From Chiloscyllium plagiosum (lineage: Eukaryota): a stretch of 64,000 nucleotides of DNA. The position numbers were made by a program, and so were the translations under genes. The notes under the pieces were generated by a model. It had not been told where the DNA came from. It saw nothing but the letters and a program-made list of their open reading frames with translations, and searched no databases. Location of the stretch: positions 18,415,185 through 18,479,184 of the forward strand of contig NC_057751.1 of assembly GCF_004010195.1 (NCBI RefSeq). The letters run 5' to 3'. Positions 50,305 to 63,390 of the stretch are shown in pieces (within the stretch, counting starts at the first letter, position 1; each line of letters opens with the position of its first letter).

Positions 50305-50600
50305 TCGATTGGTACTTTGTTTTGGACTATTAATCCAGAGACTCAGTTAATGCTTTGGGAATCTGAGTTCGAATCTTCCCATGGCAGCGGGTAAAATTTG
50401 AATGCAATGAAAATCTGAAATTAAGAGCGTAATGATTATCATGAATGCATTATTGAGCGTCAAGGAAAACTCCAACTGGTTCAACAATGTCCTTTCCAGA
50501 AGAAAATCCGCCATTCTTACCCAGTACAGCCTGTACGTGACTTCAGGACCACAACAACATGGCTGACTCTTAAGTATTGTTTGGATAAGTAAGCCTAGCC
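50305..50600 (+). mobile_element. tRNA-headed Deu-domain-type SINE (SacSINE1-like)
   Basis: TGGACTATTAATCCAGAG, B-box GAGTTCGAATC, GTGACTTCAGGACCACAACAAC; colinear with 25515-25790. Confidence 0.7.
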
Positions 50601-50683
50601 AGCAACACTGGCAAATAATAAAAATCGAGAAATAAGGGTCCGATATTCAGTAAAGATGGCACGAAATGGAAGAGAGATAGCGT

Positions 50684-51818
50684 CACAGAGACATAGAGAT
50701 GTACAGCATGGAAACAGACCCTTTGGTCCAACCTGTCAATGCCGACCAGATATCCCAATCCAATCTAGTCCCACCTGCCAACGCCCGAACCATAACCCTC
50801 CAAACCCTTCCTATTCATATACCCATCCAAATGCCTCCAAATTGTTGCAATTGTACCAGCCTCCACCACATCCTCTGGCAGCTCATTCCATACACGTGCC
50901 ATCCTCTGCGTGAAAAAGTTGCCCCTTAGGTCTCTTTTATATCTTTTCCCTCTCACCCTAAACCTATGCCCTCTAGTTCTCGACTCCCCGACTCCAGGGA
51001 AAAGACTTTGCCTATTTATCCCATCCATGCCCCTCATAATTTTGTAAACCTCTATAAGGTCAACACTCAGACTCCGACGCTCCAGGGAAAACAGCCCCAG
51101 CCTTTCAGCATCTCCCTGTAGCTCAGATCCTCCAACCCTTGCAACATCCTTGTAAATCTTTTCTGAACACTTTCAAATTTCACAACATCTTTCCGATAGG
51201 AAGGAGACCAGAATTGCATGCAATGTTCCAACCGTGACCATTCTAATGTCCTGTACAGCCGTAACATGACCTCCCAACACCTGTACTCAATACTCTGACC
51301 AATAAAGGAAAGCATACCAAATGCCTTCTTCACTATCCTATCTACCTGGGACTGCACTTTCAAGGAGCTATGAACCTGTGCTCCAAGGTCTCTTTGTTCA
51401 GCAACACTCCCTAGGACCTTACCATTAAGTGTATAAATCCTGCTAAGATCTCCTCTCCCAAAATGCAGCACCTCCCATTTATCCGAATTAAACTCCATCT
51501 GCCACTTCTCAGCCCATTGGCCCATCTGGTCCAGATCCTGTTTAATCTGAGTTAACCCTTTTCGCTGTCCACTACACCTCCAATTTTGTTGTCATCTGCA
51601 AACTTATTAACTGTACCTCTTATGTTCGCATCCAAATCATTCATGTAAATGACAAAAAGTAGAGGACCCAGCACCGATCCTTGTGGCACTCCACTGGTCA
51701 CAGGCCTCCAGTCTGAAAAACAACCCTCCACCACCCTCAGTCTTCTACCTTTGAGCCAGTTCTGTATCCAAATGACTAGTTCTTCCTGTATTCCATCAGA
51801 TCTAACCTTGCTAATCAT
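50684..51818 (-). mobile_element. CR1 LINE, 5'-truncated 3' part
   Basis: [48 protein letters not shown]. Confidence 0.93.
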
Positions 51819-52128
51819 CCCACTTGTTTGTGTTTCGCCATTGTCCCTCTAAATTCTTAACCATTCATGGATCTTTTCAATGTTGTGAGTGCACTCATCT
51901 CCAGTACTTCTTCTGGCCGTTTGTTCCACACATGCGAGAACCTCGGTGTTAAAGAAAAATGCCCCTCAGGTTTTATAATGTTTTTAACCAAATAACCTTT
52001 AACCTACGCCATCTAGTTCAGATTTGCTGTGGCATTCTCACCTCACCTGATGACTAGTATCTGTGGCCTTGTCTGTCTCTCTCCAAGTCAGTTCCTTACA
52101 CATGTCGGCAACCAATTTCCAACCTCTG

Positions 52129-52327
52129 GATTAGTGGTGCTGGAAGAGCACAGCAGTTCAGGCAGCATCCAAGGAGCAGCAAAATCGACGTTTCGGGCAA
52201 AAGAGATCTTTTGCCCGAAACGTCGATTTCGCTGCTCCTTGGATGCTGCGTGAACTGCTGTGCTCTTCCAGTACCGTTAATCCAGAATCTGGTTTCCAGC
52301 ATCTGCAGTCATTGCTTGTACCTCGTT
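52129..52327. mobile_element. Palindromic Penelope family-1 tail insertion
   Basis: ~75-bp near-perfect inverted arms around AAAAGAGATCTTTT (~52199-52212); 15-bp TSD AATTTCC(A/T)ACCTCTG (52114-52128 / 52328-52342). Confidence 0.9.
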
Positions 52328-53361
52328 AATTTCCTACCTCTGTCATTTGGTAATTACACTGCATTTTTAGTATTGAAAACAATATAGATTCAGTAATTAA
52401 GATGATGAAATTTAAAATTAGATTGGGCGTTTATCATTGTCCAAATCAAATGAATGGCGACCAAGCCAGACAACGTAACTGGGTTTTTTCTCCAGAACTG
52501 TTGTGTTTTTACAGCAAATTCTGGTTTTGTTTCAGATATTCATAACCTTCAGTTATTTATATTATACTGGTATTGCTAGTTAGAAAATCAGGCAACCTAA
52601 TCAATCTATGATAGATAGGCCGTTTCACTGCTGACATTTTGAATTAAAATGAGAGAAACCTTGGACTTACTAATTAATTGTTGCATTTGATTGTTTTATT
52701 TGAGTGAAAGGGCATTTCAGCACATCCCTCAGTTTATGTCAAAATTTCGTCTGTAATCGCATAAATTGTGCTGACATTGCAGCAATTGATGAGCTCCAGC
52801 ATGAAGCCCAATTCCATCACACACCAATCTAGATACACATACTGGGATCACAAACTATGTGTCCGGCTCCCATTCAATGAAACGTTAAAGTTGACCATAA
52901 CAGGATGCAATTGGTCATGATCACAAATTTTAAAATTATGATTTTCGTCTGCAACCCAATGCTGTGTCTGGGTGAGATTATCCACTTTTCAGAGCACAGT
53001 CTCATGCAGACTCTTGTAATCATTAAAATATGCCAGACGTTTTAAAATCTAGCAGCAAGATGATGAGAAATTGGATATTTGAGGTTGGAAATTGGTGGAG
53101 GAAATCAATTGTGGTCCAGACTCGAAATTAATAAATATTGACTGTTACAGCATAGCAATGTCCGTAAAATACCGGAAATGTCGTTAAAACAGCTCAGCAC
53201 GATTAATATTTTCAAAACCACCGCCTCTGTTTTCACTGCTACACCGAATATTCAGCTGCTAGCCAAAATCAGGAGCATTGAGTTAGAGAGACAAAAAAGA
53301 CGGTGACTGTGTAACGCAATATGCCTGGGTATTGCATTCCATTATATCTCAGGAAAATAAG

Positions 53362-55132
53362 ATTTTTTTTCCAAAAATATACCTTAATCATAAAATATTT
53401 TGATGATCTGTACAATTGATCATGCCATACATCCATAAACATTCCATTTCTTAGTAAATAGAGACAGAGTAATCATTACATATTTAGCTGAGGCGTCAGC
53501 AGAACTCAAATGACTGCGTGGGCCCCCTGTTCTTCTTAGGCAGGCAGATGTTACACGGTGGTCTTTCCCCATCGTGCCTTGGCGGCAGCGGCCCCAAGCT
53601 TCAGCGCGTCCCTCAACATGTAGTCCTGGACCTTGGAATGTGCCAGTCTGCAACACTCAGTCGGGGTCAACTCCTTCAGCTGGAAGGTCAACAGGTTTCG
53701 GACCGCACAGAGAGCGTCATTCACCGAGATGGTGATCCTCCAGGCAGAGTTAGATTAGATTAGATTACTTACAGTGTGGAAACAGGCCCTTCGGTCAAAC
53801 AAGTCCACACCGCCCCGCCGAAGCTGAACCCGTGCCTCTAGCACTGTGAGGCAGCAGTGTTAACCACTGTGCCACCGTGCCGCCCACAGAGTTGATATTC
53901 AAAGTCTGTGAGAAGATTTGTAGCTCGGGTGCTCGTTTTTGTAGCTCGGCGAACAGAACCACGGCGCTGCTCAGGATGAACTTCGACAAACACCACTGCA
54001 TTCCTCTCCAGACTTCTTCTGCGTAGGCACATTCCAGAAGGAGGTGTCTGACAGTCTCGTACCCCCGCAGCCGCTTCGAGGGCAGCGTGCAGTGCGGCTG
54101 AGAGTTCGGGTGGCATAAAGGATCTCACAGGCAGAGCCCTTCTCACCACCAGCCAAGCCATGTCTTGGTGCTTGTTGGAAAGTTTTGGCGATGAGGCATT
54201 CTGCCAAATGGCTTTGACAGTCTGCCCAGTGAACCACTCGATAGGATCCGCCCTCTCCTTTTCCCGAAGGGTCTCAAGGACCCTACAAGCTGACCACTTC
54301 CTGATGGACTTGTGGTCAAAGGTGTTTTTCTTCATAAACTTCTCCATGAAGGACCGGTGATACGGAATGGTCCAACTATTCAGAGCGTTCCGCGGCAGCG
54401 AGGCCAAGCCCATCCTTCGCAACACCAGGGACAGGTAGAACCTCAGTACGTAGTGACACTTGGTGTTTGCGTACTGGGGATCCACGCACAGCTTGATGCA
54501 GCCACACACAAAGGTGGCCATCAGGGTGAGGGTGGCATTGGGTGTATTTTTCCCCCATTGCCCAGATCTTTATACAGCGAGTCCCTTCGGACCCGGTCCA
54601 TCTTTGACCTCCATATAAATTGGAAGATGGCCCGGGTAACTGCAGCGGCACAGGTTCTGGGAATAGGCCAGACCTGTGCCATGCATAACAGTAATGACAG
54701 TGCCTCACACCTGACGACCAGGTGTTTTTTTCCTGCGAGGGAGAGCGACCGTAGCTACCATCTGCCCAGTTTCTGCCTCACGTTTCTGATACGCTCCTCC
54801 CAAGACCTGGCGCATGCCCCAGCACTCCCCCCCCCCCCCGAACCAAATACCCAGCACCTTTAGGTAGTCAGTCCTAATGCTGAAGGAGATCGAGAATTGC
54901 TCAGCCCAGTTCCCTAAGAGCATGGTTTCGCTCTTGCCTCGGTTCACCTTGGCCCCCGAGGCCCATTCGAACTGGTCACATATGCACATGAGTCTGCGCA
55001 CGGACATCGTATAGGAGCAGAAAACGGCGACGTCTTCCATGTGTAGGGAGGCCTTAGCCTGCAGGTCCCTGCTGCCAGGAATAGTCACCCCGCTCAGGCT
55101 GGCATCCTTCCTGATGGACTCGGCAAATGGCT
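53362..55132 (-). mobile_element. Tx1/L1-clade LINE, 5'-truncated (RT C-terminus, CCHC zinc finger, A-rich end)
   Basis: ASLHMEDVAVF, ASGAKVNRGKSE, YLKVLGIWF, HQDMAWLVVRRALPVR, CPRSGCGG; T-run at ~53363-53370. Confidence 0.85.
53752..53885 (-). mobile_element. Internally deleted HE1-type SINE inserted in the Tx1/L1 element
   Basis: Head GGGCGGCACGGTGGCACAGTGGTTAACACTGCTGCC joined to the 3' tail (TAATC)n; TSD CAGAGTT. Confidence 0.85.
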
Positions 55133-55482
55133 CTATAAGAATCCCCACAGAGCAGAAGGAGGCCTATCAGCCTTTCACGTCTGCACTGACCTTCTAAAGA
55201 CCATCCGACCCAAACAAAGCTCTCTCCCCATAACATTGTAGTTGGGAAAACAATTCCACCCAGACTGTTCATCATTGGACTCTATTAAACAATTTCACAC
55301 GGCTAAGCCACCCGAAACTGGGCAGCAGTCGGCCATGGGAGGAAACTGCAGCACCCGAGGAAAACCACCGCAGAATTGGGGAGAAAATGCAAACTCCACT
55401 AGAGCAGTCACCAAATGTTGGAATGGCTCTCGGGTTCCTGGCGCTGTGCCCCAGCACTGCTAACCACTGTCCCTGAGTGCGA
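55132..55482 (-). mobile_element. HE1-related SINE
   Basis: Minus strand: CAGTGGTTAGCAGTGCTG..CACAGCGCCAGG..GTGGAGTTTGCATTTTCTCCCC..tail CTGTGGGGATTCT. Confidence 0.75.
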
Positions 55483-58400
55483 CACAAATTCATTGTGAAG
55501 GATCAGAATGTGCCTCAATACCAGATCGAGGATAACAACCAGAATATCCGCTGCTGTCACGGAGCACACGACTGACACATGGAGATAATCCACAGTATTG
55601 ATAGAACAAGTGGAAGATAGTTACTATTTTATTGGTGAGGAAAGGGAACAAACGAACGAAAATAACTGATCGTCAGGCAGAAGGGAAAGATAATGATTGA
55701 GTTGATATTTCAATTTGTGTGCCACTGTGTTCATCATTTGTTGAAAGAATTGGAGTTGAAATAACAAAGCCAATTCACTGAATCATTAAAACGGTGAGTT
55801 AAGACACAAAAACATCCTCTGTCCACGTACAGTTTTTGTTTCAAAACCATCCAATGTAGTAGAACACTCACGATCAAACATAGCTCACCACATCGCTGAT
55901 ATTAATAGGAAGGGACAGAATGTCGGTCTCCTGAGTCTCTGCCAGTTCCTTGACGACAAATTAGTATGGAAATTTCTATTGGCTAGTCTAAATTGTGTTT
56001 TATCCTTTACATCACTGAAAAATTGCAAATGCGAGGAAAATGTCTTCACCACTTTAATTGCCATAGTTTTATTCACAGCAGTGTCACCTTCCCGTGGAAT
56101 GCATTTCTTCTTTTGTGTCTCATTTTCTATTCAATTAGATGGCATTCTGTCTTTCAATTATAATAATGATGATAGAGTAAAACAGTAATATTTGATCACA
56201 AATGGTTCGGCATTATGTAAGTTATCGAATTTTCTTCAGAATGGCAGTTACAGAATGTTCTAGAGAATGCCCACAGTAGAATGTACTACATAATGTTTCT
56301 CATACAATGATCCAGAATCGGGCAGTCGCAGAATTCCAGAGAAATCCAGGAGCAGGAAGGTTCACTTGGTGAAGACCCAAACACGAAATGGGTCCCACTC
56401 CCACACACGATACATGGGGTGCACAGAGAAGGTTTGTTGAAAACACAGAAACATGTGCTAAATCTACGTCAGAAGGTCATTCGGCCACTCAATTCTGTAG
56501 GAATATTCAAAATGAGCTTGGCACTTTAGATTGCTAAACTCCACATTCCCACTACATCCTGAATAACCATTGATTCTATTGTTATTTATGAATCTACCTT
56601 GCTGTGCATCAAAATATTCAATAATGCTGATGCCACCTCTCTCTGAGGAAGAGATTTCCAAAGACTCACAACTCTCTGAGTGGCAAATAAAAACAGTACA
56701 TCTAAAAGGTGAGCAGTACATGCATCTTTTTAAAAGAAAGCGGGAATGCATCTCAAATTCTAATCTCGACTTTGGCATTTGCTAAGAGGAGTTATCTTTG
56801 AAGGAAGCAATTGTTGTTGCACATGTCCCTAGTCGTACTGAGATACGCGTGGAAGATTATTGGTCATTGTTTTTTGTCTGTTTATTCTGCGAAAGTGTAG
56901 TATTAAATTGGAAGCAATTCAGAGAATGTTTACTTGACCGATTCCTTGGATTGAGATGTTGTTCTGTGCGGAAATGTTGAACGTTTTGAACACATATATT
57001 CGTTGTAGTTGCGAACAATGAGTGGCGACCTTATTCTGACATGAACAACACTGCAATAACTTAACATAGTGAATGCTGATAGGATATTTCTCAAAGTGGA
57101 GATGTCTTGAATTAGCGGGCACCACTAAAGAAAAAGGGCTTCCAGTTTAGACAGAGATAAGGACATATATATTGATGATTCTCCAAGGAACTGCAAAGCC
57201 CAAATATATGGATTGTTTGAACTAATAAAGAGTCAACGGTTGTGTGAAACCACAAGGCAACATTCAACCATTCAAAACCTTAAGAATGAGATAGGAGGAG
57301 ATAGTACAGCACCCCTGAAAAATCGAACAAAAATAGAGTGAATTCAATCAGCACTTTGTGTCCATTACAAAGCGCTAGAGAAGATATTCCAATGTTTCTG
57401 TGCTGCTACACAAGAACTGAGGAGTTCTGATTAATTAACAGGAAGAAGACAGTAGAGGTTTCCTTTCTATTTTCAAGTTGAAAAGCAGAAAATGTTAAAA
57501 CATTTTAGGAATCAATATGAGATCGTCAGCTATTTTTAACATTTAACAATGAATTAATAAAGGAACTGAATGCGTTCGAGTTCGAAATACGTAATGTATG
57601 CAGATCGTCGTTCAATAAATTGTCAAATAGAATGACAGTGCTTACAATACAACAGAAGAAAATGAAACAAATAAGCAAATGTTTGGCACAAACAAAATTG
57701 TGATTGAGATTTTTGGAAGATGTCCATATTGGCAGGAAGAAAAGAACAACAAAATCCATTTAAATGAATAGAGATTTGAGGACATGCTTTTCGAGAGAGT
57801 TAACTGCAGTTACAGTAAGTATAACCACATTGATATGTAGATGCAGCAAGGGATTGAAAAAGAAATTGTTTTTTTTTTATTTCTGACATAATGTGGTTTA
57901 AGAAAAAAAAGTTCAGACAAGTAAAGTATCAAAGCTCTCCTAAGATTTCTTCACTGTGTTGTTACAAGGCTTTGGAGAATCATAATTTGATGGAATGAGT
58001 GTACGTTTGATATTCTTAATGGAAACGAAGGCATAATTGCATTAGGAGCAATTAAAATATGACATAGTTTCTTTCAATGATACAATTTTCTTTCTCTTGA
58101 ATTGCATTTTTCACCTGCAAATTGGCTGGTCATGTTGGAATTTCAAATGTATTTTCTGACTGTTACAAGGGCAGTTTCTTTATTTGTCTTAATTTATGCC
58201 TTTCTATCTATCATTATTCATAAACATATCTTGATTTTCCGCTCTCACTCTCTATTTTCAAATTGTCCAACTGCAACTTTTCCCCTGAGCACTGTTATCC
58301 ATTCCAGCAGGTATGTTGCATTTTTTATTTGCTTTCACTGAATTCATCATTGGCACTTTATATTGTGTAAGTTTCTTTTCCGGCCATCATTCTACCACAT

Positions 58401-59106
58401 TCTCGAGAAACCCTCATGGAGAAGCCTCACTCTTTGTGCGCTGAAAGTGTAGTTTTGTGGAAAACGTTTCTGAGGAAATCATATTTGATCACAGGCTCAA
58501 TCTGTATGCATAGTAACATACAGCCCTGATAAACTTGTCCTAGTTTCTTTTTTCCTTCTTATCAAGGTAGTGTAAGTCACATTTTCATGAATAATGGCTC
58601 CTGAATTTCCATACAGATAATGTTTGGGTGAATCTCAGGTATTCTGTGAATATCCAAAGACACCCATCATTTTGTGCATTGAAACAGATCTCGGACTGAC
58701 GTAGAGCAGCAACAAACGAGAAACGTCAACATTTGCTTTGTAATTACTGAATGGCCATACTGTGATTTGAATATCTGAAACTTCATGAGATATACGGTTG
58801 AATCTGAATTGGTGCTGAAGGAATTACCTCAGCGTGTTGATTGCAATTAAGAAAAAAACGCATAATTAACTGTTGTGATCAGAGTTCAGCAGCTGAACCT
58901 CGTTACTAAATATATTGCATCTCTGTAGGGACTTGACTGTCAAGGCATGCCTGTCCTTTTTAATGCTTCACCTTATCATCTTAATGTTCTTGTCAAGATC
59001 AAACAGCTTATGAATTGAATGCTTTGAGTGTCGCCTGACTCAGAGTTTAACGTAGTTAGCATCGATATTTCCTGCAGCAAAAAGCAGCAAATCATTTGAG
59101 ATAGAA

Positions 59107-59173
59107 ATGCATTATCCAATTGACAATGTCGTGAAAATATATTACAGTATCCTTGCTGTTATTGGCGTACCTG
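59107..59173 (+). CDS. Predicted first coding exon of a second GPR139/GPR142-like GPCR paralog
   Basis: ATG in GAAATGC context, upstream in-frame TAG at 59053; encodes MHYPIDNVVKIYYSILAVIGVP + G, then donor GTAAGT at 59174; its phase 1 matches the phase-1 acceptor type at 3794 (..GVP|VNL..). Confidence 0.8.
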
Positions 59174-62100
59174 GTAAGTGGATCATAAATAATGGAACCT
59201 CTGTCAATTTGATTGAGAGCTGATCCCTGACTTTCGTTCTGTGATGAGTAAGGTTATATCTGCTTCTACTATTTACCGTTACACGGGTACCAATCTATGA
59301 TAACGTTTTTGTAGAACCGAATGTACTGAATTCCTTTTCGTGTTATATTGTGAGCCATCAAAATGATCATATGTTTTCACCTCACGATTGTTCTGAGCAA
59401 TCAAACTATTCCATTCCTTGAAATCGAGTACTAATAGCCATTTTTATGTATTAGTGATGGTAGAATGCTGTGAACTATAGAAATTTATCGACTTGAAGCA
59501 ATAGCACACTCTAAACGATAGCCATGGTGTGCTATGGTAGTATCCCACGTGCGGTTTAGTTAATTTGAATTGAATACATGAATGAGAAATATTCAGAAAT
59601 CCACTGAATATATCAGGAGACAATAATATACACCTGAGCTAGAGAGTATATTTTATTTTCAACATCTGTCCTTAACATATTTTTAAATGTATGTTAATTC
59701 CTGGAATTAAACAAGCCGTGTTCCATTTTCAGAGTAATCTTTAGGCTCTCCCAATCAATGCAGCTGCCTTTGCGTGTTTACTCAAGTAAACATTGCAGAG
59801 ATATTAACGTTTCTTTTGATCGTTTGTAAATATACTAATGAAACTCAATCCTTCTTTGTCTTGCATTTTCGGCTGCAATAAAGAAGCTTGCTAAAAACTT
59901 ATTAACAAATAAGCATTTGCACAATGTTGCTATTGTGCTCGCCTTCACCAGTGTATGAGAAGATGTTCTGACGGGGCAGTATGTCGTTTCAGCTCTGCTG
60001 AGATGTTCTATCAATACTTTAACAAAGACTGTCCAGTCAATTGCAAATCTGAAGACTTAATTCCAACGAAAAACCAAAGACCAATCGATATGTCCATCAT
60101 CCATTATTAAACAGACAGGTTAAAAACATAAAGGAAATTAAGGAAGACCGATGTAATTGTCCATACATGGAACGCTGGTCAAAAAATTGGAGAATATATA
60201 TGAAAAAAGACACAAAAGAGAACCAAAGATAAAATTGACAGCAATGTATAATTGATAGTAAGAGACTATATTAAAATGATGAAAGAAGAAAACATTTCGC
60301 AAGATGGTCGTGGGCTCTCTGTAAACATGAGACTTGAGAGTAAATATTGGAAAGCATGAAAAGACAGGTGAATTGAATTGATATTTTCGATCAGCCTTCC
60401 CTCTATTGGACCGAAATTACATTGAATAAATAACAATGAAATAATAAGAGAAGACATTGAGCAATTCAGAAAAGGTGCAAAGACCAGTTCCATGGCACAG
60501 AGGTAAAAATTACGTGTGAAATAGATAATGTATTGTTTTAAGTATTCACGTTATCCTTGTTCTGGGGAGGTCCAATGTTATTAGAAGATAGCTATTGTGA
60601 CTCGTTCATTCCAAAAGGGAGACATAAATTTGCAAGTTAGTGTACAGTTGGCTCCAAACAGCCGATAGGATTCTCTGACATGGAAAGTGTATTTGACAAT
60701 TGACATAAAGATCAAAATAGTTAATGTTTGGAGGGATATGGCCAAGCGTTGGCAGGTAGGAGTAATTTAGTTTGAGATGATGGTCGGTGTGGGCTGGTTG
60801 GACTGAAGGACATTTTTCTCTGCTGTATAACACAATGTATCAATCACATGTAGTGCTTTGTGATGGGAACTGATGTTGTGGTCAGAGTGACTGAATGGAT
60901 GGACTGAATATTGACTTGTAGAAGAGACTTCATCATAATGTATTGCCGAAATTAACCTCTCAAATTACAGTTGTTCATATGGATTTATAATTGGCTGGCC
61001 ACAAGTAGAAATGTATGTTCAATTGTGTATTTCTCATTGTAGCAAGACATAATGAGTTACTTGTGCAGGAAATGGGATCCCAACTGCTTATAATCTATAT
61101 AAGTGAAGAGATGAACACAGCAACAATACAATAGTCAAATTTCCTGCTGACTGAAAGTTGATCGTGTGAAGAGGATATAAGAAGGCTAAAAAGAAGTGCA
61201 GATAGGCAACATGAATAGGCAATGATATGGGAAATCGCATACAATATTCAAAATTTGTGGTTGTCAAATTTAGCAAGAGGTATACAAAGAACTGCGCATT
61301 TTCCGAATGCTTAGAGCTTGCAGGACACTGAGAGGCAGATAGTGGTGATTGTCCTCATTTACGAACCACAAATTGTTCATGTGCGTTTACCACATGTATT
61401 TTCGGAATGATGGTGATATATCATCTGCACTGGTCGCATTTGTTTGTTTTGCGTGTGTGAATATTATGGATGAAAGAGACAAAGGACTGTTTTAAATCAC
61501 TGAAATTTAAGAGGTGGCTGAAAGTAACAAACCTGGCAGGCATTGCAGGTATTGTCCAAACAATACTTTTGAACAGACATCACTTGAACTTTGAGTTGCA
61601 GATGATTTGTATGCAAGCAGCTATAGAGATACAGCTTTCTCTGGCAATCAGAAGTCCATTGATTTCTGGACGAGTGACCATTTGTAAATTGCAGAGATCT
61701 TTTGTCTGTCAACAAAGTTGTAACTGATTCGAATGTGTTGATCCTCTTGGGGCTAGGAAGAAATCGCAAAGGACAGTTCTTCACCAGCTCAGAGAAGACG
61801 TTTTTAATTACTACTACCACAATTCACTGGAAATCCGAGGACAATAAGTAATATTTATTGCAATAATTGCTTTAAACTCTGAGTTTAGCTGACGAATCAG
61901 AGAAGTTTAAATAAGTGATCTGGCTACCTTGTTTCTGTTACCAAGCAGTGAAAGCATTAAGGTGAAGATAGCTGTAGAAATACGCTGGACAGCAGAAGAG
62001 TCATACTCGTCATCGCACAACACATGTGAGATCAAAAACAACTGGACTGTAATATCCGTTCACTAGCTATTTCTGAAAACTATGTGTTCTGTTGTGAATG

Positions 62101-62199
62101 TAAACCTAAATTTATAAATTGTTAATACGAGATTATAGTGTTCATTCGTCATCTTAAGTACTGACTGCGTATAAATTTTACCTGTAACTTGCATCCATT

Positions 62200-62490
62200 T
62201 CATAGAATGCATGCAGTACAGATGGACGCAATGCTATTTACTGACCGTTCAAAGTGCCTCCTGTCACCTTTCCATAGTTTAATCCACATGCACATTCCTG
62301 GATTAGACTCGGAAATTTAGAGTGGTCAATCTACCGAAACTGTACATCTTTCCAGTGTGGGAGCAAACCAAGCACCCATGCAACCACATATAAATTCCAC
62401 ACTGATACTCATGCAAAGCTGGAATTGAACCTGCATTCCTGGTATTGTAAGACAGGTAATGTGCTGCGCAGGGCACCCCGTTATGAAACA
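62200..62490 (-). mobile_element. Old HE1-type SINE
   Basis: Minus strand: GGTTCAATTCCAGC, GTGTGGAATTT, TGCTCCCACACTGGAAAGATGT. Confidence 0.55.
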
Positions 62491-62533
62491 ACACTCCCTT
62501 TCACAAGAGAAACTTTGTCAGTGATTTATAATA

Positions 62534-62660
62534 GGAAAAAGTGAGGATTGCAGATTCTGGAGATCAGAGTCGAGAATGGGGAACTGGAAAAGCACAGCAT
62601 ATCAGGCAGAATCCGAAGAGCAGGAGAATCGACGTTTCATGCACAAGCGCTTCATCAGGA
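62534..62660 (-). mobile_element. ~127-bp Penelope family-1 tail insertion with hammerhead core
   Basis: Minus strand: ATC-CTGATGA-AGCGCTTGTGCAT-GAAA-CGTC-GAT; imperfect TSD TGATTTATAATA / TGTTTTATATTA. Confidence 0.75.
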
Positions 62661-62789
62661 TGTTTTATATTAACCTGGGTTTGAAAATCAGGCAAACTGG
62701 GTAACATTTCGTATGTTCCAACATCTTTAAATCGTATGTTGACACTGTGAACAGGGGAGTTTCATTGCCAGTGAATGTGACACATTATA

Positions 62790-63390
62790 TACTGAATCCT
62801 ATTGCATCATGTTGAAATCTGTAGTTATACAGAGCATTGATGAGACTACACTATGATACTGGGCTCATATTGTTAACATTGTTCAAGGCAGGAGTAAATG
62901 CAAAGAATACCACTTAATAAGTTTTATCATATTAATACCGAAAAAGAGTGGATTATCCATTTTGGACACATCTTGTACACTAAAAACTTAATTGTTGCAG
63001 TAAGATATGATATAATTCTGAGATTTATGACATTCTGGCGTCTTGATTGAAACATGCACTATCCTTGACGGCAGTTTAGAGGAATAAAGGTGAAGAGAAT
63101 ATTTTCACTTACAGGCACTTCTGCAGCCTAAATGACTATGTTCTACAAATTAGGGTTTCACCTATTTAAAGAAAAACAAATGGTGTTAACCCTCTTAACT
63201 CGTTAATATTTGGATTTGTCTTTCTGAAGATATGGTGAAAGTGAATTCCTTAACTGTGGATAAAATCTCGTCAAACAAGTGGAGACAATAACGTTGATTT
63301 AAGTTACAACCAGATCAGCCATATACCGAATGAATGACAGAGCAGCCTGCACGATCTGAATATAATGGGGCTGATTCCGATTCCTATATC
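62790..63390 (+). mobile_element. Very old CR1-type 3' fragment
   Basis: Degenerate LYRALMRLH, LIETCTIL and tail GATCAGCCAT..GAATG..GAGCAG. Confidence 0.5.

Noticed and set aside
59036..59042. TGACTCA (AP-1-like) site upstream of the GPCR first exon
   Set aside because: A single 7-mer is expected by chance; no supporting evidence
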